A DNA stretch of 64,000 nucleotides from Bdellovibrionota bacterium (GCA_050952645.1 JBMNLI010000009.1:9037-73036), one strand, 5' to 3'; numbered from the stretch's first letter, positions 31,054 through 41,796 are shown. Numbers and translations are program-made. The notes: generated from the sequence alone by a model not told the origin.

Positions 31054-32055
31054 TTAAATAGCCCCATTATAATAATCTGCTACCTCTTTAAAATTCTCGT
31101 TTAAAAATTTCCTTAATTTTACTTTTATCTCATTTTCAATCTGCCTAACTCTCTCTTTGCTAATATTTAACATTTGAGAAAGATCTTCTAAAATTACTTT
31201 TTCAGAATTTAGTAAACGTTTTTCAAAAATTACTTTTTCCCTTTCAGTCAATGTTTCTTTAAATTTATTAAATCCAAGAACAATTAAATCATTTATTTGC
31301 TTTTGCGCAAGGAGTTCTTCAGCGGTCTTTCCTTTTGCAGGTATTACATTTGCTGGGGTAGCTAAAGTGTCGCTACTTAGTGGAGCATCTAAACTTAAGT
31401 CTCCAAGGTGTAGCCTTTTATCCATTTCTATAACTTCATGTTCTTTAACATTTAGCCTTTCTGCTAAAAGTTTTGTAGTAGGATAAATTCCTTCTTTCTC
31501 TAATTTTTCTTTTTCTTTTCTTAAATTAAAAAATAATTTTCTTTGTGCTTGCGTCGTTCCAATTTTCACTAGACGAATATTTGCCATAATATATCTAATA
31601 ATGTAAGCCTTTATCCAAAGCACTGCATAAGCTGGAAAATTAGCCCCCTTGTCGGGATCAAAATTTTTTACAGCTTCCATAAGCCCTATATTGCCCTCTT
31701 GGATAACATCTAATAAATTTCTTGCTATACTCTCATAATTTCTTGCAATGCGAACGACTAACCATAAATTACTAGAAATCAGTTTATACGCCGCTTCTAA
31801 ATCATTTTCTTCTCTATACGCCTTTAAAAGCTTAATCTCCTCTTCACGAGTTAGTCTAGAATACTGTTTTATCTTAATAAGGTATGCTCTAAGTGCATCA
31901 AAACTTGCTAACTCTCGCCCTCTAGCGGCAGGTAAAAGGCTAGTAGTTTGCTTTTTAGGTAGCAGTTCATCCCTATTTTCACTAGGTGGAAGCACTTCCA
32001 TGTTTTTATTATCAAAATCTATATATTTATAGTATTTATCATCTTTTAAAGCCAT
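31054..32055 (-). CDS. rpoH: RNA polymerase sigma factor, RpoH family
   Basis: DVIQEGNIGLMEAVKNFDP, RpoH box TTQAQRKLFFNLR, ISKERVRQIE. Confidence 0.88.
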   Translation of the reverse strand: MALKDDKYYKYIDFDNKNMEVLPPSENRDELLPKKQTTSLLPAARGRELASFDALRAYLIKIKQYSRLTREEEIKLLKAYREENDLEAAYKLISSNLWLVVRIARNYESIARNLLDVIQEGNIGLMEAVKNFDPDKGANFPAYAVLWIKAYIIRYIMANIRLVKIGTTQAQRKLFFNLRKEKEKLEKEGIYPTTKLLAERLNVKEHEVIEMDKRLHLGDLSLDAPLSSDTLATPANVIPAKGKTAEELLAQKQINDLIVLGFNKFKETLTEREKVIFEKRLLNSEKVILEDLSQMLNISKERVRQIENEIKVKLRKFLNENFKEVADYYNGAI

Positions 32056-32214
32056 ATCTGCTTATTTTACCAAGTTTTAAATTATATTGCTATATCATTA
32101 ACTTTTCTATTAAGAAAAATTTTATAATATACCGATTATATTAAGGTAAGTTAAATAAAATTTAAAAAAGTTTATAAAAAATTTTTATATACTATAAAAA
32201 GGCTAGGAGTATAG

Positions 32215-33909
32215 GTGCATACAAAAATTGGCGACTTGCTACTACATAGCGGTTTAATTACCGAAAAACAGCTTGAAGATGAGATGAGCAACAACTCGTC
32301 TTCTATTAGCTTAGGTCTGAATTTTATAAAATCAGGGATTATCTCTGAAGAAAAATATCTAAATACTTTAAGCTCGCAATTTGAAACTGAAATTATAAAC
32401 TTAGACAATATTACTTTCGATGATGAAGTATTAAATCTTATTCCATATAATATTTATAAAAAATATGGAGTTCTTCCAATTTCAAAAACTAACGACAGAA
32501 TAACAGTAGCGATGGTAGACCCATCAAACATTGCAGCCCTAAACGATATTAAATTTATTACAGGACTAGAGGTTAATATAAAACTTGCATCTCCTGTAAA
32601 AATGAAAGCTACTCAAGAAAAATTATTCGATAAAAAAGTTTCTTATGAAAGCATTATAGACGACCTAGAAGAAGAAAGCGTCGAGTATATAAAAGACGAT
32701 GAAAATATAAATCTTTCTGAATTAGAAAAACAAACCGAGGATGCACCAGTAGTAAAGCTTGTAAATGCAGTGCTAACCGACGCCATAAAAAAAGGCGCAT
32801 CAGATATCCACATAGAACCTTATGAGAAAGCGTTTAGAGTTCGATTTAGAATAGATGGAGTGCTTTATGAAATTATGAAGCTTCCTATAAATTTAAAAAA
32901 TGCTATCACTTCGAGAATAAAAATTATGGCTAGTCTCGATATAGCGGAAAGACGACTTCCACAAGATGGAAGAATAAAACTAAAACTTCAAGAAAATAAT
33001 AAAGAGATGGATTTTAGGGTAAACGTAGTGCCTACACTTTTTGGAGAAAAGGTTTGTTTAAGATTATTAGACCCCGATAGCTTACAACTAGATATGACTA
33101 AACTAGGATTTACTGAAAATCAAATTTTAGATTTTAAAGATGCCATAAATAAACCTTTTGGAATGGTTTTAGTAACTGGGCCTACTGGTTCAGGAAAAAC
33201 TACCACTCTCTACTCTGCTCTTTCTGAGCTTAATCAAATAGGCTCTAACATTAGCACTGCGGAAGACCCCGTAGAGTTTAACCTTATGGGAATAAATCAA
33301 TGTCAAATAAATGAAGATATAGGATTTGATTTTGCTAGCGCTCTAAGAGCTTTCTTAAGGCAAGACCCCGATATTATAATGGTAGGTGAAATAAGAGATT
33401 ACGAAACTGCGCAAATAGCAATTAAGGCCTCTCTTACTGGGCACTTAGTGCTTTCTACACTTCACACGAACGATGCCCCATCAACCATAAACAGGCTTAT
33501 CGACATGGGAGTTGAACCTTTTTTAGTAGCCTCTTCGACTAATTTAATATTAGCACAAAGACTTGCAAGAAAAATTTGTTCTAACTGCAAAGTAGATGAT
33601 AGTGAAATTACGAAAGATTTATTGCTCCGTGCGGGAGTTCCTAAGGAAGATATCGAAAACTTTTCTTGCAAGCGAGGTGTCGGTTGTGATGAATGCTCGG
33701 GAACGGGCTATAAAGGAAGAATAGCGCTCTATGAAGTAATGCCGATAAAAGAAGAAATTTCAGAACTTATTTTAAAAGGTGCAAATTCGGCAGAAATAAA
33801 AAAACTAGCAAAATCTTTAGGGATGTTAACGCTAAGAGATAGCGCTCTTTTAAGATTAAAGGAAGGGTTAACCTCATTTGAAGAGGTTGTCAGAGTTACT
33901 AGTTTATAG
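32215..33909 (+). CDS. pilB: Type IV pilus assembly ATPase PilB
   Basis: ASDIHIEP, ERRLPQDGRI, GPTGSGKTTT, LRQDPD, TLHTNDA, tetracysteine motif. Confidence 0.95.
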   Translation: MHTKIGDLLLHSGLITEKQLEDEMSNNSSSISLGLNFIKSGIISEEKYLNTLSSQFETEIINLDNITFDDEVLNLIPYNIYKKYGVLPISKTNDRITVAMVDPSNIAALNDIKFITGLEVNIKLASPVKMKATQEKLFDKKVSYESIIDDLEEESVEYIKDDENINLSELEKQTEDAPVVKLVNAVLTDAIKKGASDIHIEPYEKAFRVRFRIDGVLYEIMKLPINLKNAITSRIKIMASLDIAERRLPQDGRIKLKLQENNKEMDFRVNVVPTLFGEKVCLRLLDPDSLQLDMTKLGFTENQILDFKDAINKPFGMVLVTGPTGSGKTTTLYSALSELNQIGSNISTAEDPVEFNLMGINQCQINEDIGFDFASALRAFLRQDPDIIMVGEIRDYETAQIAIKASLTGHLVLSTLHTNDAPSTINRLIDMGVEPFLVASSTNLILAQRLARKICSNCKVDDSEITKDLLLRAGVPKEDIENFSCKRGVGCDECSGTGYKGRIALYEVMPIKEEISELILKGANSAEIKKLAKSLGMLTLRDSALLRLKEGLTSFEEVVRVTSL

Positions 33910-33926
33910 AAAGTTTAAAAAAATAT

Positions 33927-34736
33927 GGTTCTCACGTTTTGGGTGGGTTAGAAAAGTTGTTTTTGGGGGTTAGCTTAAAAGAAAATTGGCTTTTATAGAA
34001 AACTATCTATAGTTTAAAGAAAAATTACAACTATATTTAAAGTAATTTATTTTATGCAAATTTCTTTAAAGTCAATTTTCTTTTGGGCTTCGTCGAGGTG
34101 AGTGATACTAATTTTAAGGTATAAAATCACCTTTAAAAGTGAAGAACAAAAGTTGTTTTTGGGGGTTAGCTTAAAAGAAAATTGGCTTTTATAGAAAACT
34201 ATCTATAGTTTAAAGAAAAATTACAACTATATTTAAAGTAATTTATTTTATGCAAATTTCTTTAAAGTCAATTTTCTTTTGGGCTTCGTCGTGGTGAGTG
34301 ATACTAATTTTAAGGTATAAAATCACCTTTAAAAGTGAAGAACAAAAGTTGTTTTTGGGGGTTAGCTTAAAAGAAAATTGGCTTTTATAGAAAACTATCT
34401 ATAGTTTAAAGAAAAATTACAACTATACTTAAAGTAATTTATTTTATGCAAATTTCTTTAAAGTCAATTTTCTTTTGGGCTTCGTCGAGGTGAGTGATAC
34501 TAATTTTAAGGTATAAAATCACCTTTAAAAGTGAAGAACAAAAGTTGTTTTGGGGGGTTAGCTTAAAAGAAAATTGGCTTTTATAGAAAACTATCTATAG
34601 TTTAAAGAAAAATTACAACTATATTTAAAGTAATTTATTTTATGCAAATTTCTTTAAAGTCAATTTTCTTTTGGGCTTCGTCGAGGTGAGTGATACTAAT
34701 TTTAAGGTCTTTAACCCACTTAAAACATGAAGAGCC
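33927..34736 (+). mobile_element. MITE family A tandem array (4 x 196 bp) between pilB and pilC
   Basis: One left TIR at 33927; units start at 33952, 34148, 34344 and 34540; right TIR ends at 34736; flanks aaaaatat/aaaaacat (7/8 TSD). Confidence 0.93.
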
Positions 34737-34773
34737 AAAAACATTTTAAGAGTTTAAATTAAAGGAAAAAATT

Positions 34774-35994
34774 ATGCCTGTTTTTTTGTGGGAAGGAAGA
34801 GATGCAAAAGGAAATATAGTTTCTGGCGAACTTGAAGCTTTAGATAAAATTGCCGTTTTTAATTTATTAAAAGCTAGAAATATAAACGTCAATACTTCTA
34901 AAATACAAGAAAAAGGAAAAGGAATGAATAAGGAAATAAAAATTCCTCTTCTAGCTCCTAAAATCAAAGAAAAAGATATTTCAGTTTTTACTAGGCAACT
35001 TTCTACGATGATCGATGCTGGGCTTCCATTAGTTCAAGGGCTAGGTATCTTAGCAAAACAATCCTCAAATCCTGCATTTACGAGTATGATTGAAACCGTA
35101 AAAAATGAGGTCGAGTCTGGAAAAACATTTACAGAAAGTTTAAAGCTATTTCCTAAGCATTTCGATGCGCTTTATGTAAATATGATAGACGCTGGTGAGA
35201 ACGGCGGTATTCTAGATGTAATCTTAGATCGTCTTTCAGTTCATATGGAAAAATCTATAAAATTAAAACGTGAGGTAAAGACGGCTTTAATCTACCCTAC
35301 CGTTGTAATAAGCGTAGCAGTGATAGTTACTGCCGTTTTACTAATTTTTGTTATTCCAACATTTGCTGAACTTTTCGAGGATTTTGGTGCAGAACTTCCA
35401 GCCCCTACGCAAATAGTAATAAATATATCAAATTTTTTCGTTGCCAACTTAGCGTTTATCGTATTTGGATTTCTAGGCTTGATTATAGGATTTTTTAAAT
35501 TTTCAAAAACGGAACGTGGGCAAAATGTTTTACACCCTATTTATTTAAAACTTCCTGTGTTTGGAGATTTAATAAAAAAAGTAGCGGTAGCTAGATTTAC
35601 AAGAACGCTCGGAACGATGCTTTCATCTGGCGTGCCTATTTTAACCGCATTAAATATTTGTTCAAGAACTGCTGGAAATAAAGTAGTAGAGCATGAAGTG
35701 CAAAAAGCTCGTTTCGCAATCTCGGAAGGAAAGCAGATGGAGGCTACACTTAGCGAGTCGAGCGTTTTTCCACCGATGGTAACTCAAATGATAGGTGTAG
35801 GTGAAACTAGTGGAGCGCTAGATCAAATGCTAAATAAAGTTGCCGATTTTTATGAAGAAGAAGTTGAAAATGCCGTAGGAGCTTTAAAGCAACTAATCGA
35901 ACCTATAATGATTTTATTTCTAGGAGTCGTTATAGGGGGACTAGTTATTGCTATGTATCTACCTATATTTAAACTTGGGGCTATTACAGGGTAA
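34774..35994 (+). CDS. pilC: Type IV pilus platform protein PilC
   Basis: FTRQLSTMIDAGLPL, AGENGGILD, ARFTRTLGTMLSSGVPIL, GETSGALD, AMYLPIF. Confidence 0.96.
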   Translation: MPVFLWEGRDAKGNIVSGELEALDKIAVFNLLKARNINVNTSKIQEKGKGMNKEIKIPLLAPKIKEKDISVFTRQLSTMIDAGLPLVQGLGILAKQSSNPAFTSMIETVKNEVESGKTFTESLKLFPKHFDALYVNMIDAGENGGILDVILDRLSVHMEKSIKLKREVKTALIYPTVVISVAVIVTAVLLIFVIPTFAELFEDFGAELPAPTQIVINISNFFVANLAFIVFGFLGLIIGFFKFSKTERGQNVLHPIYLKLPVFGDLIKKVAVARFTRTLGTMLSSGVPILTALNICSRTAGNKVVEHEVQKARFAISEGKQMEATLSESSVFPPMVTQMIGVGETSGALDQMLNKVADFYEEEVENAVGALKQLIEPIMILFLGVVIGGLVIAMYLPIFKLGAITG

Positions 35995-36054
35995 AATCAC
36001 AAGGTTAAAGTTATAAGGTTAAATCATAAGGACAAATTGACTTTTTGTTTTTTC

Positions 36055-37977
36055 TTAACTTTCCAAAATCTCTTTTATATCTAAAGGTATATCTAAAGGT
36101 TTTGTAATTATTTTTTTTACTCCATATTTTTTATATTCATCGATATCTATATTAGTTTTTCCAGTAAGGATAAATACATCTACACTTATCTTCTTTTCTT
36201 TTAAAAACTCTAGTAAAGTATCTACCCTTTCTTTTCCTATATAATAATCGCTTATAATTAAATCCACACTATTTGATAACAAAAACTTTTTAGCATCTTT
36301 TATATTAAAAAAACTTTGAACTAAAAAATCGTAAGCCTCTAATAACCTTTTAGTGCTTTCTAACAACTCTTTATCATCATCTATAAGCACTATCTTTTTT
36401 GCTTTTTTATCTTCTATAGCAAGTTTATTTATACCACTTACCTTTTCTTTAATAAAAGGCATTTTAAGTGTAAACTCACTTCCTTTATTTTCAGTAGAAA
36501 CCACGGATACCGTTATATCGTTTAAATCTGAAAAAGCTTTAACCATAAAAAGCCCGAGACCGTAGCCATCTAAATGTTCAGCGTTCTCTCCTCTTTTAAA
36601 CGAAGAGAATATTTCTTGCAAATTTTCTTTCTTTATTCCTATTCCAGTATCTGAAATTTTTATAACTATATTATTTTTTGCGTTCGTGCACTCTATATCG
36701 ATATGTCCTTTTTCAGTATACTTAATAGCATTAGAGATTATATTATTTATAATCTTTTTAAACTGCCTTTTATCTGCGTATATAATTTTATTTTTAAGGT
36801 TATCTTTAAAATTTATTTTCAAATTCTTTTCACTAGCTCTTAAATAAAAATTATTAACGGCATACTTAAGTTCATCACTAACATTTACGTTTTCTTTAAA
36901 AACTTTTAAATCCGAATTTTTATACTTTGAAAAATCTAGCAAGTCTTCTAATAAAAGCGAAATAGAATCGCAATTATTTAGCGCTATCTCTATAAATTCT
37001 TTTTTATTTTCTTCATCAGAATTTATCTCTAATAATTTTAACACTGCTACTAGGTTTGCAAGAGGTGAGCGTAAATCGTGAGATACAAACTCTAAGTATT
37101 CACTCTTTTTTATCGCTTCTTTAGTCTTTTTTTCAATTTCATTCTTAGCACTTTTTAATTTTAGATACGTTTCATACTGGTTTCCTATTTCATAAGATAA
37201 ATTATTAAATAAATTTTCCTCTTTTAAAAAACTTATATCATCTCCAGAAATACCAAACCATAAATATATTATAGTATTACTATCATTTGAAAATTTTATT
37301 TTTTTTATAATCGCTCTTTGGTATCCAAAAAGTGATAAATCTTCTAAAACGTTAGAAACGTTATAATAACTTACAACGCCTTCTTTTATCTCCTTTTCGT
37401 TTGCTATACAATTTAAAAACATTTGTTTTAAAAACATTGAAACGTGTTTATTAGATGAAAGCGAACTTAGAGAAAAACAATTACCACTTTCTTTATCGTA
37501 ATAAAATAAAACTATCGCATTTTTTTGGTAAAACCCAGAAAGTATATTTAGTATATTTTGAAAAAAACTTTGTTCATCTATTTCAGGATTGATATCCATT
37601 TTTTTAAGAAAATTTATAGGATTGTTTAAATCTTCATTCTTATAATCTTCACTATCTTTTTTTAACAAAAAAACTTTTCTCTCTAAAAACAAAAGATACT
37701 CATTTAATGTTTTTCCAATTGGAGTGCTATATTTAACGTCTTCTTTTTTTCTTGTAAAAGTATTTATAGTTTTTATAAAGTTAGCAAATTGTTTTTTAAA
37801 CTTACCTATATCATCAAAGCAAAGTAAAATTACTACTAAAAGCGTATATAATACAAAGGCTATTAAAAATAAGATTTCACTCTTACTAGCTAAATGTATA
37901 TTTACTAAATATAAAAGATACGTAATTAAAATGCCTATTAGCACGGTAAATAATTTTATTTTTGTTATAAATTTCAT
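36055..37977 (-). CDS. Hybrid sensor histidine kinase with C-terminal receiver
   Basis: SHDLRSPL H-box, NIISNAIKYT, DTGIGI, GYGLGL; receiver IDDD..ISDY..TG..KP. Confidence 0.93.
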   Translation of the reverse strand: MKFITKIKLFTVLIGILITYLLYLVNIHLASKSEILFLIAFVLYTLLVVILLCFDDIGKFKKQFANFIKTINTFTRKKEDVKYSTPIGKTLNEYLLFLERKVFLLKKDSEDYKNEDLNNPINFLKKMDINPEIDEQSFFQNILNILSGFYQKNAIVLFYYDKESGNCFSLSSLSSNKHVSMFLKQMFLNCIANEKEIKEGVVSYYNVSNVLEDLSLFGYQRAIIKKIKFSNDSNTIIYLWFGISGDDISFLKEENLFNNLSYEIGNQYETYLKLKSAKNEIEKKTKEAIKKSEYLEFVSHDLRSPLANLVAVLKLLEINSDEENKKEFIEIALNNCDSISLLLEDLLDFSKYKNSDLKVFKENVNVSDELKYAVNNFYLRASEKNLKINFKDNLKNKIIYADKRQFKKIINNIISNAIKYTEKGHIDIECTNAKNNIVIKISDTGIGIKKENLQEIFSSFKRGENAEHLDGYGLGLFMVKAFSDLNDITVSVVSTENKGSEFTLKMPFIKEKVSGINKLAIEDKKAKKIVLIDDDKELLESTKRLLEAYDFLVQSFFNIKDAKKFLLSNSVDLIISDYYIGKERVDTLLEFLKEKKISVDVFILTGKTNIDIDEYKKYGVKKIITKPLDIPLDIKEILES

Positions 37978-37989
37978 ATAAAATATTTC

Positions 37990-39093
37990 CTAACTTAAAA
38001 AGTTTTTTACTATATCTTGTAAATATTCTAAAGAAAAATCGTTTTCTATATAATAGTCAACCCCGTAAAGATATGCTTCTATTTCATTTATATTTTCATT
38101 TGCAATTAAAATACTACGCATTTTTTTATTATTTGATTTAAAAACTTTCTCTTCGTTTTTTAATGTTTCTTTATCTAAAGATATGATTAGCACTTTAAAT
38201 TTATAATTTTTATAATCATTAAATAAATCGAAAAAACTTTCATAGTTTCTCACGAATATATTACTATTCTTAAACGCATTAAAAACTTTTTCTCTTAACT
38301 TTTCATCTTTTGAAACTAACGCAATATTATTAGTGCTAGCTAAAACTTTTTTAGGAATTGCCCAGCTCAGCATTATAACGTTTCCTAAATTATTTAATTT
38401 TATCTTCCGAACTTTAAAAAAGTTATCTTTTTTTATTTTATAAAAAAAATTACTCTCTAAATTTAGCCAAAACTCGCTTAAATCTTGATTGATAATATTT
38501 CCTTTCTTCCACTCTTTAGCTTTATCTTGGTAACTATAAAAAACCTTATTTTGAGCATACTCGAAAACTAGCCTAGAAATATGTTTTTCTTCACACTCTA
38601 TAATTAAAGCTTTTAATGTCTTTAAAAAAACATCACTTGCGCCATCTTTTTTATTTTCACCGCTTTCAAGTAGTGATAAAAATTCTGTTATATCATTTCC
38701 TAGCGTTAAATAAATTTTAACATTTTCATCTATATTAAATTTTTCAAATATCAAAAAAGGGTTTGATGATATTATTGCTATCAACTTAAACTCATTTATT
38801 ATTGGACAAAAACCGTATTTTTTTAACACATCAAAGTTTTTAATATTTTTTTTTATCTCTTTAATATTTAAATCGTTAAGTCCTATTTTATAATCGATAT
38901 TAGTAAGAGTTTTAATATTTTCAAAAAACTCTATCTTATTTAGATTAAAAGAGTTTATAAAAAAATCTAAATAATATCTTTTATCTATCTTATAATTAAA
39001 TAGACTATCTTTATAATACACTCGGTATAAATTTTTTATTAAACCTTTTAAAGATGTAATTCCACATTTTTTTAGTTTTACAAAGTTTTTCAT
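37990..39093 (-). CDS. Hypothetical protein: PilB/GspE N-domain-like region plus degenerate receiver-like domain
   Basis: KKYGFCPII..IISSNPF and LKALIIECEEKHISRLVFE align by eye with PilB in this window; C-terminal ILIANE..EAYLYGVDYYI is receiver-like. Confidence 0.5.
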   Translation of the reverse strand: MKNFVKLKKCGITSLKGLIKNLYRVYYKDSLFNYKIDKRYYLDFFINSFNLNKIEFFENIKTLTNIDYKIGLNDLNIKEIKKNIKNFDVLKKYGFCPIINEFKLIAIISSNPFLIFEKFNIDENVKIYLTLGNDITEFLSLLESGENKKDGASDVFLKTLKALIIECEEKHISRLVFEYAQNKVFYSYQDKAKEWKKGNIINQDLSEFWLNLESNFFYKIKKDNFFKVRKIKLNNLGNVIMLSWAIPKKVLASTNNIALVSKDEKLREKVFNAFKNSNIFVRNYESFFDLFNDYKNYKFKVLIISLDKETLKNEEKVFKSNNKKMRSILIANENINEIEAYLYGVDYYIENDFSLEYLQDIVKNFLS

Positions 39094-39096
39094 TTT

Positions 39097-39603
39097 CTAA
39101 AATTCATAAGTTACTAATATTTGCTTAGTTTTAATAATATCATTTGGCATTAGATTTAAAAAATCACCGCCCATTCTTGCGCATTCTTTGAAATTCATTT
39201 CACTTTTTAAAGTTATAAAATACTGCGGAATGTTTCTTTTAACTAAAGTGTCTTCATAATTTTTAGTGCTTTTAATTAACTTAAAATCGTACTTAATTTC
39301 GCAGTGATTATTTTCTCTAAGCTTCCTTAGCTTATCATTTATTAAATTTTTAATATTATCTTTACTTTCTTTTATTACTGTAAAATTCTCATCAAGTTTT
39401 AAAACGAACTCTTTTCTATTACCGAACGCATTATCTACCTTTTCTTCTAATAAATAGCTAAGCCTATAATACTCCATAATACCTAACACGTTATAAATAA
39501 AAGGAAGTAAAACTGCCATTGCAACGCAAAACTCTAGCAAAGATAAGCCTTTGTTAAATCTACAAAAAGATAAGAGAAAACGTTTATTTTTCTTTATCGC
39601 CAT
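39097..39603 (-). CDS. TadE-like pseudopilin
   Basis: Class III signal KG/LSLLEF plus hydrophobic helix; in the tad operon. Confidence 0.7.
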   Translation of the reverse strand: MAIKKNKRFLLSFCRFNKGLSLLEFCVAMAVLLPFIYNVLGIMEYYRLSYLLEEKVDNAFGNRKEFVLKLDENFTVIKESKDNIKNLINDKLRKLRENNHCEIKYDFKLIKSTKNYEDTLVKRNIPQYFITLKSEMNFKECARMGGDFLNLMPNDIIKTKQILVTYEF

Positions 39604-40985
39604 ATAGAACCTTCCTTTTTATTTAACCAAATAAAATCTCTAATATCATCGGATAATTTTTCACTAGAGTTTTGATGTAATAAAAAAAGCTTTATCGTTT
39701 TATCTTTTTTATTATATCTTTTAATAAAGGTTTTATGTTTAGAAATAGAGGCACTACTTAAGCCTGGCACTTTATTAGTTTGAAATAAAACGTAAATAAT
39801 ATTTAATTTAAAGTTTACTCCTTTTAAGATCTCATCTAAACCATCTAGCGAGGTTTCTATGGCGGTTAAATCAAAAGTATGAAGATTAGAAGAAAAAATA
39901 AATAAGTTTTTATTTAAATCTTCTGAAAGAGTATTCCTATCTGCTCTCCCCTTAGCACTAATTAAAGTTCTTCCTGCACTTTCTAATACATTTATAAAAT
40001 TAGCTTTATATCCTTTATGAACTGGTGTTGACCAAATGGAGGTTAGCACGCTTGCTTTACCATCTTCAACACTATTATTTTCTAAATTATTTATAATTTT
40101 ATAATCATCTCTTACTAAAGGAAACCGATATCTTATCTCTTGCAACTCATTTAGAGCAGCATTAAAACAGTCTAAACTTTTAAAGCCATCGTCTGACGTA
40201 TAATATAAAAACTTTGCCTCATTATTTAAAAAAGAAGCTGCACTGATATTTTTTATATACTCTATATCTCTCTTATAACTTCCTCCTGGAAAAACTCCTA
40301 CACCTACCGAGTTTAAGTGAGTGCTACCGTAAAAATTATAAGTATCTATTAGTATATTTTTTAATGGGGAAAATACTTCATTAAAACATTGCTGTGTATA
40401 ATATCTAGGGCTACTAGTAAACTTATCATCGTTTTGTTCAAAATACATAGCGCTTGGTGCCTCTCCTACGCTTCCCCATAATTTTTTTTTATCATTTGGT
40501 GAGTTATATAAGTTTCTATCTAGTAAAAGTAGCACATCACTTACACTAGGGGTTGCATAAGAAAAAGCATTTAGTGGGTACGATATAATAGTTTTTTTAT
40601 TACTACCTTTTTCATTACTACCTATAAAAAACTTAGTAAGGTTTGAAAACAACAGCTCGTAGTTTCTTTTATAAGATATTCTTATTCCAGTATCATCGGC
40701 GATAATTTCTAAACTATCATCTTCTAATCCTTGATTTAAAAGATAGCTTCTCGTTATATTTAATGCATAATCTTTATATGGATAAAATTTAACGCCTTGC
40801 AAACTAGCTTCATCTAAAATTTTTTGCACGCTTCTTTTTGCAGTATACAAAGAAGCAACATCGAATGTAATCATAAGTAAGAATGATAAGGTAGGAATAA
40901 CAAATAAAACAAAGAAAATTAGAGTGCTTCCATTTTGATTATAAGTTTGATTATATCTTTGATTATTAAATAATTTATTTATCAT
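39594..40985 (-). CDS. TadG-like pseudopilin/adhesin
   Basis: NG/STLIFFVL..FDVASLYTAKRSVQKILDEASLQG; vWA-like DVLLLLDR. Confidence 0.7.
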   Translation of the reverse strand: MINKLFNNQRYNQTYNQNGSTLIFFVLFVIPTLSFLLMITFDVASLYTAKRSVQKILDEASLQGVKFYPYKDYALNITRSYLLNQGLEDDSLEIIADDTGIRISYKRNYELLFSNLTKFFIGSNEKGSNKKTIISYPLNAFSYATPSVSDVLLLLDRNLYNSPNDKKKLWGSVGEAPSAMYFEQNDDKFTSSPRYYTQQCFNEVFSPLKNILIDTYNFYGSTHLNSVGVGVFPGGSYKRDIEYIKNISAASFLNNEAKFLYYTSDDGFKSLDCFNAALNELQEIRYRFPLVRDDYKIINNLENNSVEDGKASVLTSIWSTPVHKGYKANFINVLESAGRTLISAKGRADRNTLSEDLNKNLFIFSSNLHTFDLTAIETSLDGLDEILKGVNFKLNIIYVLFQTNKVPGLSSASISKHKTFIKRYNKKDKTIKLFLLHQNSSEKLSDDIRDFIWLNKKEGSIWR

Positions 40986-40998
40986 ATTTTTACATTTC

Positions 40999-41796
40999 CT
41001 ATTTTGGCATACTTTCCATAGTCATTATTTGAGTTAAAGGAACCGATAAGAAAAATATAATAAGTCCAATAAATGCGCAAAGAAGCGGTAAGGTTGCTTT
41101 TACAGGCAAAACGGCGATTTCTTTTTCAACTAATTGTTGGTAGTACTCCTGCGTAGAATCGCTTAGCTCTTCCATAGGAGCTACTATTTCTCCCCCCTCT
41201 TTTTGAGCTATTCCAAGATGCAAAAAACCGTGTCTTATAGAAGTTAAATTTATAGAGTTAGCGACTAACGCTAAACTATCTTCAAAGCTAATTCCAGACC
41301 TATTTTTTTTTAATACCATATCTAAAAGTTTAGTTACGGGGTCTAGGGAGCCATTTTTTTTACTTAACTCTACTACTATATTTACTGCTGAATACACATC
41401 GTTTCCGCCTTGCACAGCCATTACTAAACGCTCCATTACTATAGGTAAATAAAAATCGTATTTTTTATATACGTTTTTTACTTCTCTATTAGCTAGTATT
41501 CTAATAAAAATATAAGAAAGCGAAATTGAAAAAACTAAAGCTATAATAAAATTAGTTAATGTTAAAGAAAAAAAGATCATTAAGATAGCAAAAATTATCA
41601 ATGATAAAATTAAAAAAGTTATTTTTTGTTCTAATGTAAGTTTTATATTTTTTTCTTTTTCTTCTTTATCTTCTTGTTCTTTAGAAATTTCATCACTACT
41701 AATCGAATAGTATTTTTCAAGCTGGTCATAAGAAAAGGTATTATATAAATAACATACAATAAGAAATATTAGTAATGCTATCAATGTGTAAATCAT
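40999..41796 (-). CDS. tadC: Tad pilus inner-membrane protein TadC
   Basis: T2SSF domain (LPIVMERLVMAVQGG..GISFEDSL..GGEIVAPMEELS); operon position. Confidence 0.8.
   Translation of the reverse strand: MIYTLIALLIFLIVCYLYNTFSYDQLEKYYSISSDEISKEQEDKEEKEKNIKLTLEQKITFLILSLIIFAILMIFFSLTLTNFIIALVFSISLSYIFIRILANREVKNVYKKYDFYLPIVMERLVMAVQGGNDVYSAVNIVVELSKKNGSLDPVTKLLDMVLKKNRSGISFEDSLALVANSINLTSIRHGFLHLGIAQKEGGEIVAPMEELSDSTQEYYQQLVEKEIAVLPVKATLPLLCAFIGLIIFFLSVPLTQIMTMESMPK

Noticed and set aside
33927..34736. CRISPR array
   Set aside because: The units are 196 bp and near-identical throughout, with no unique spacers and no cas genes. TIRs and a TSD identify a MITE amplification.
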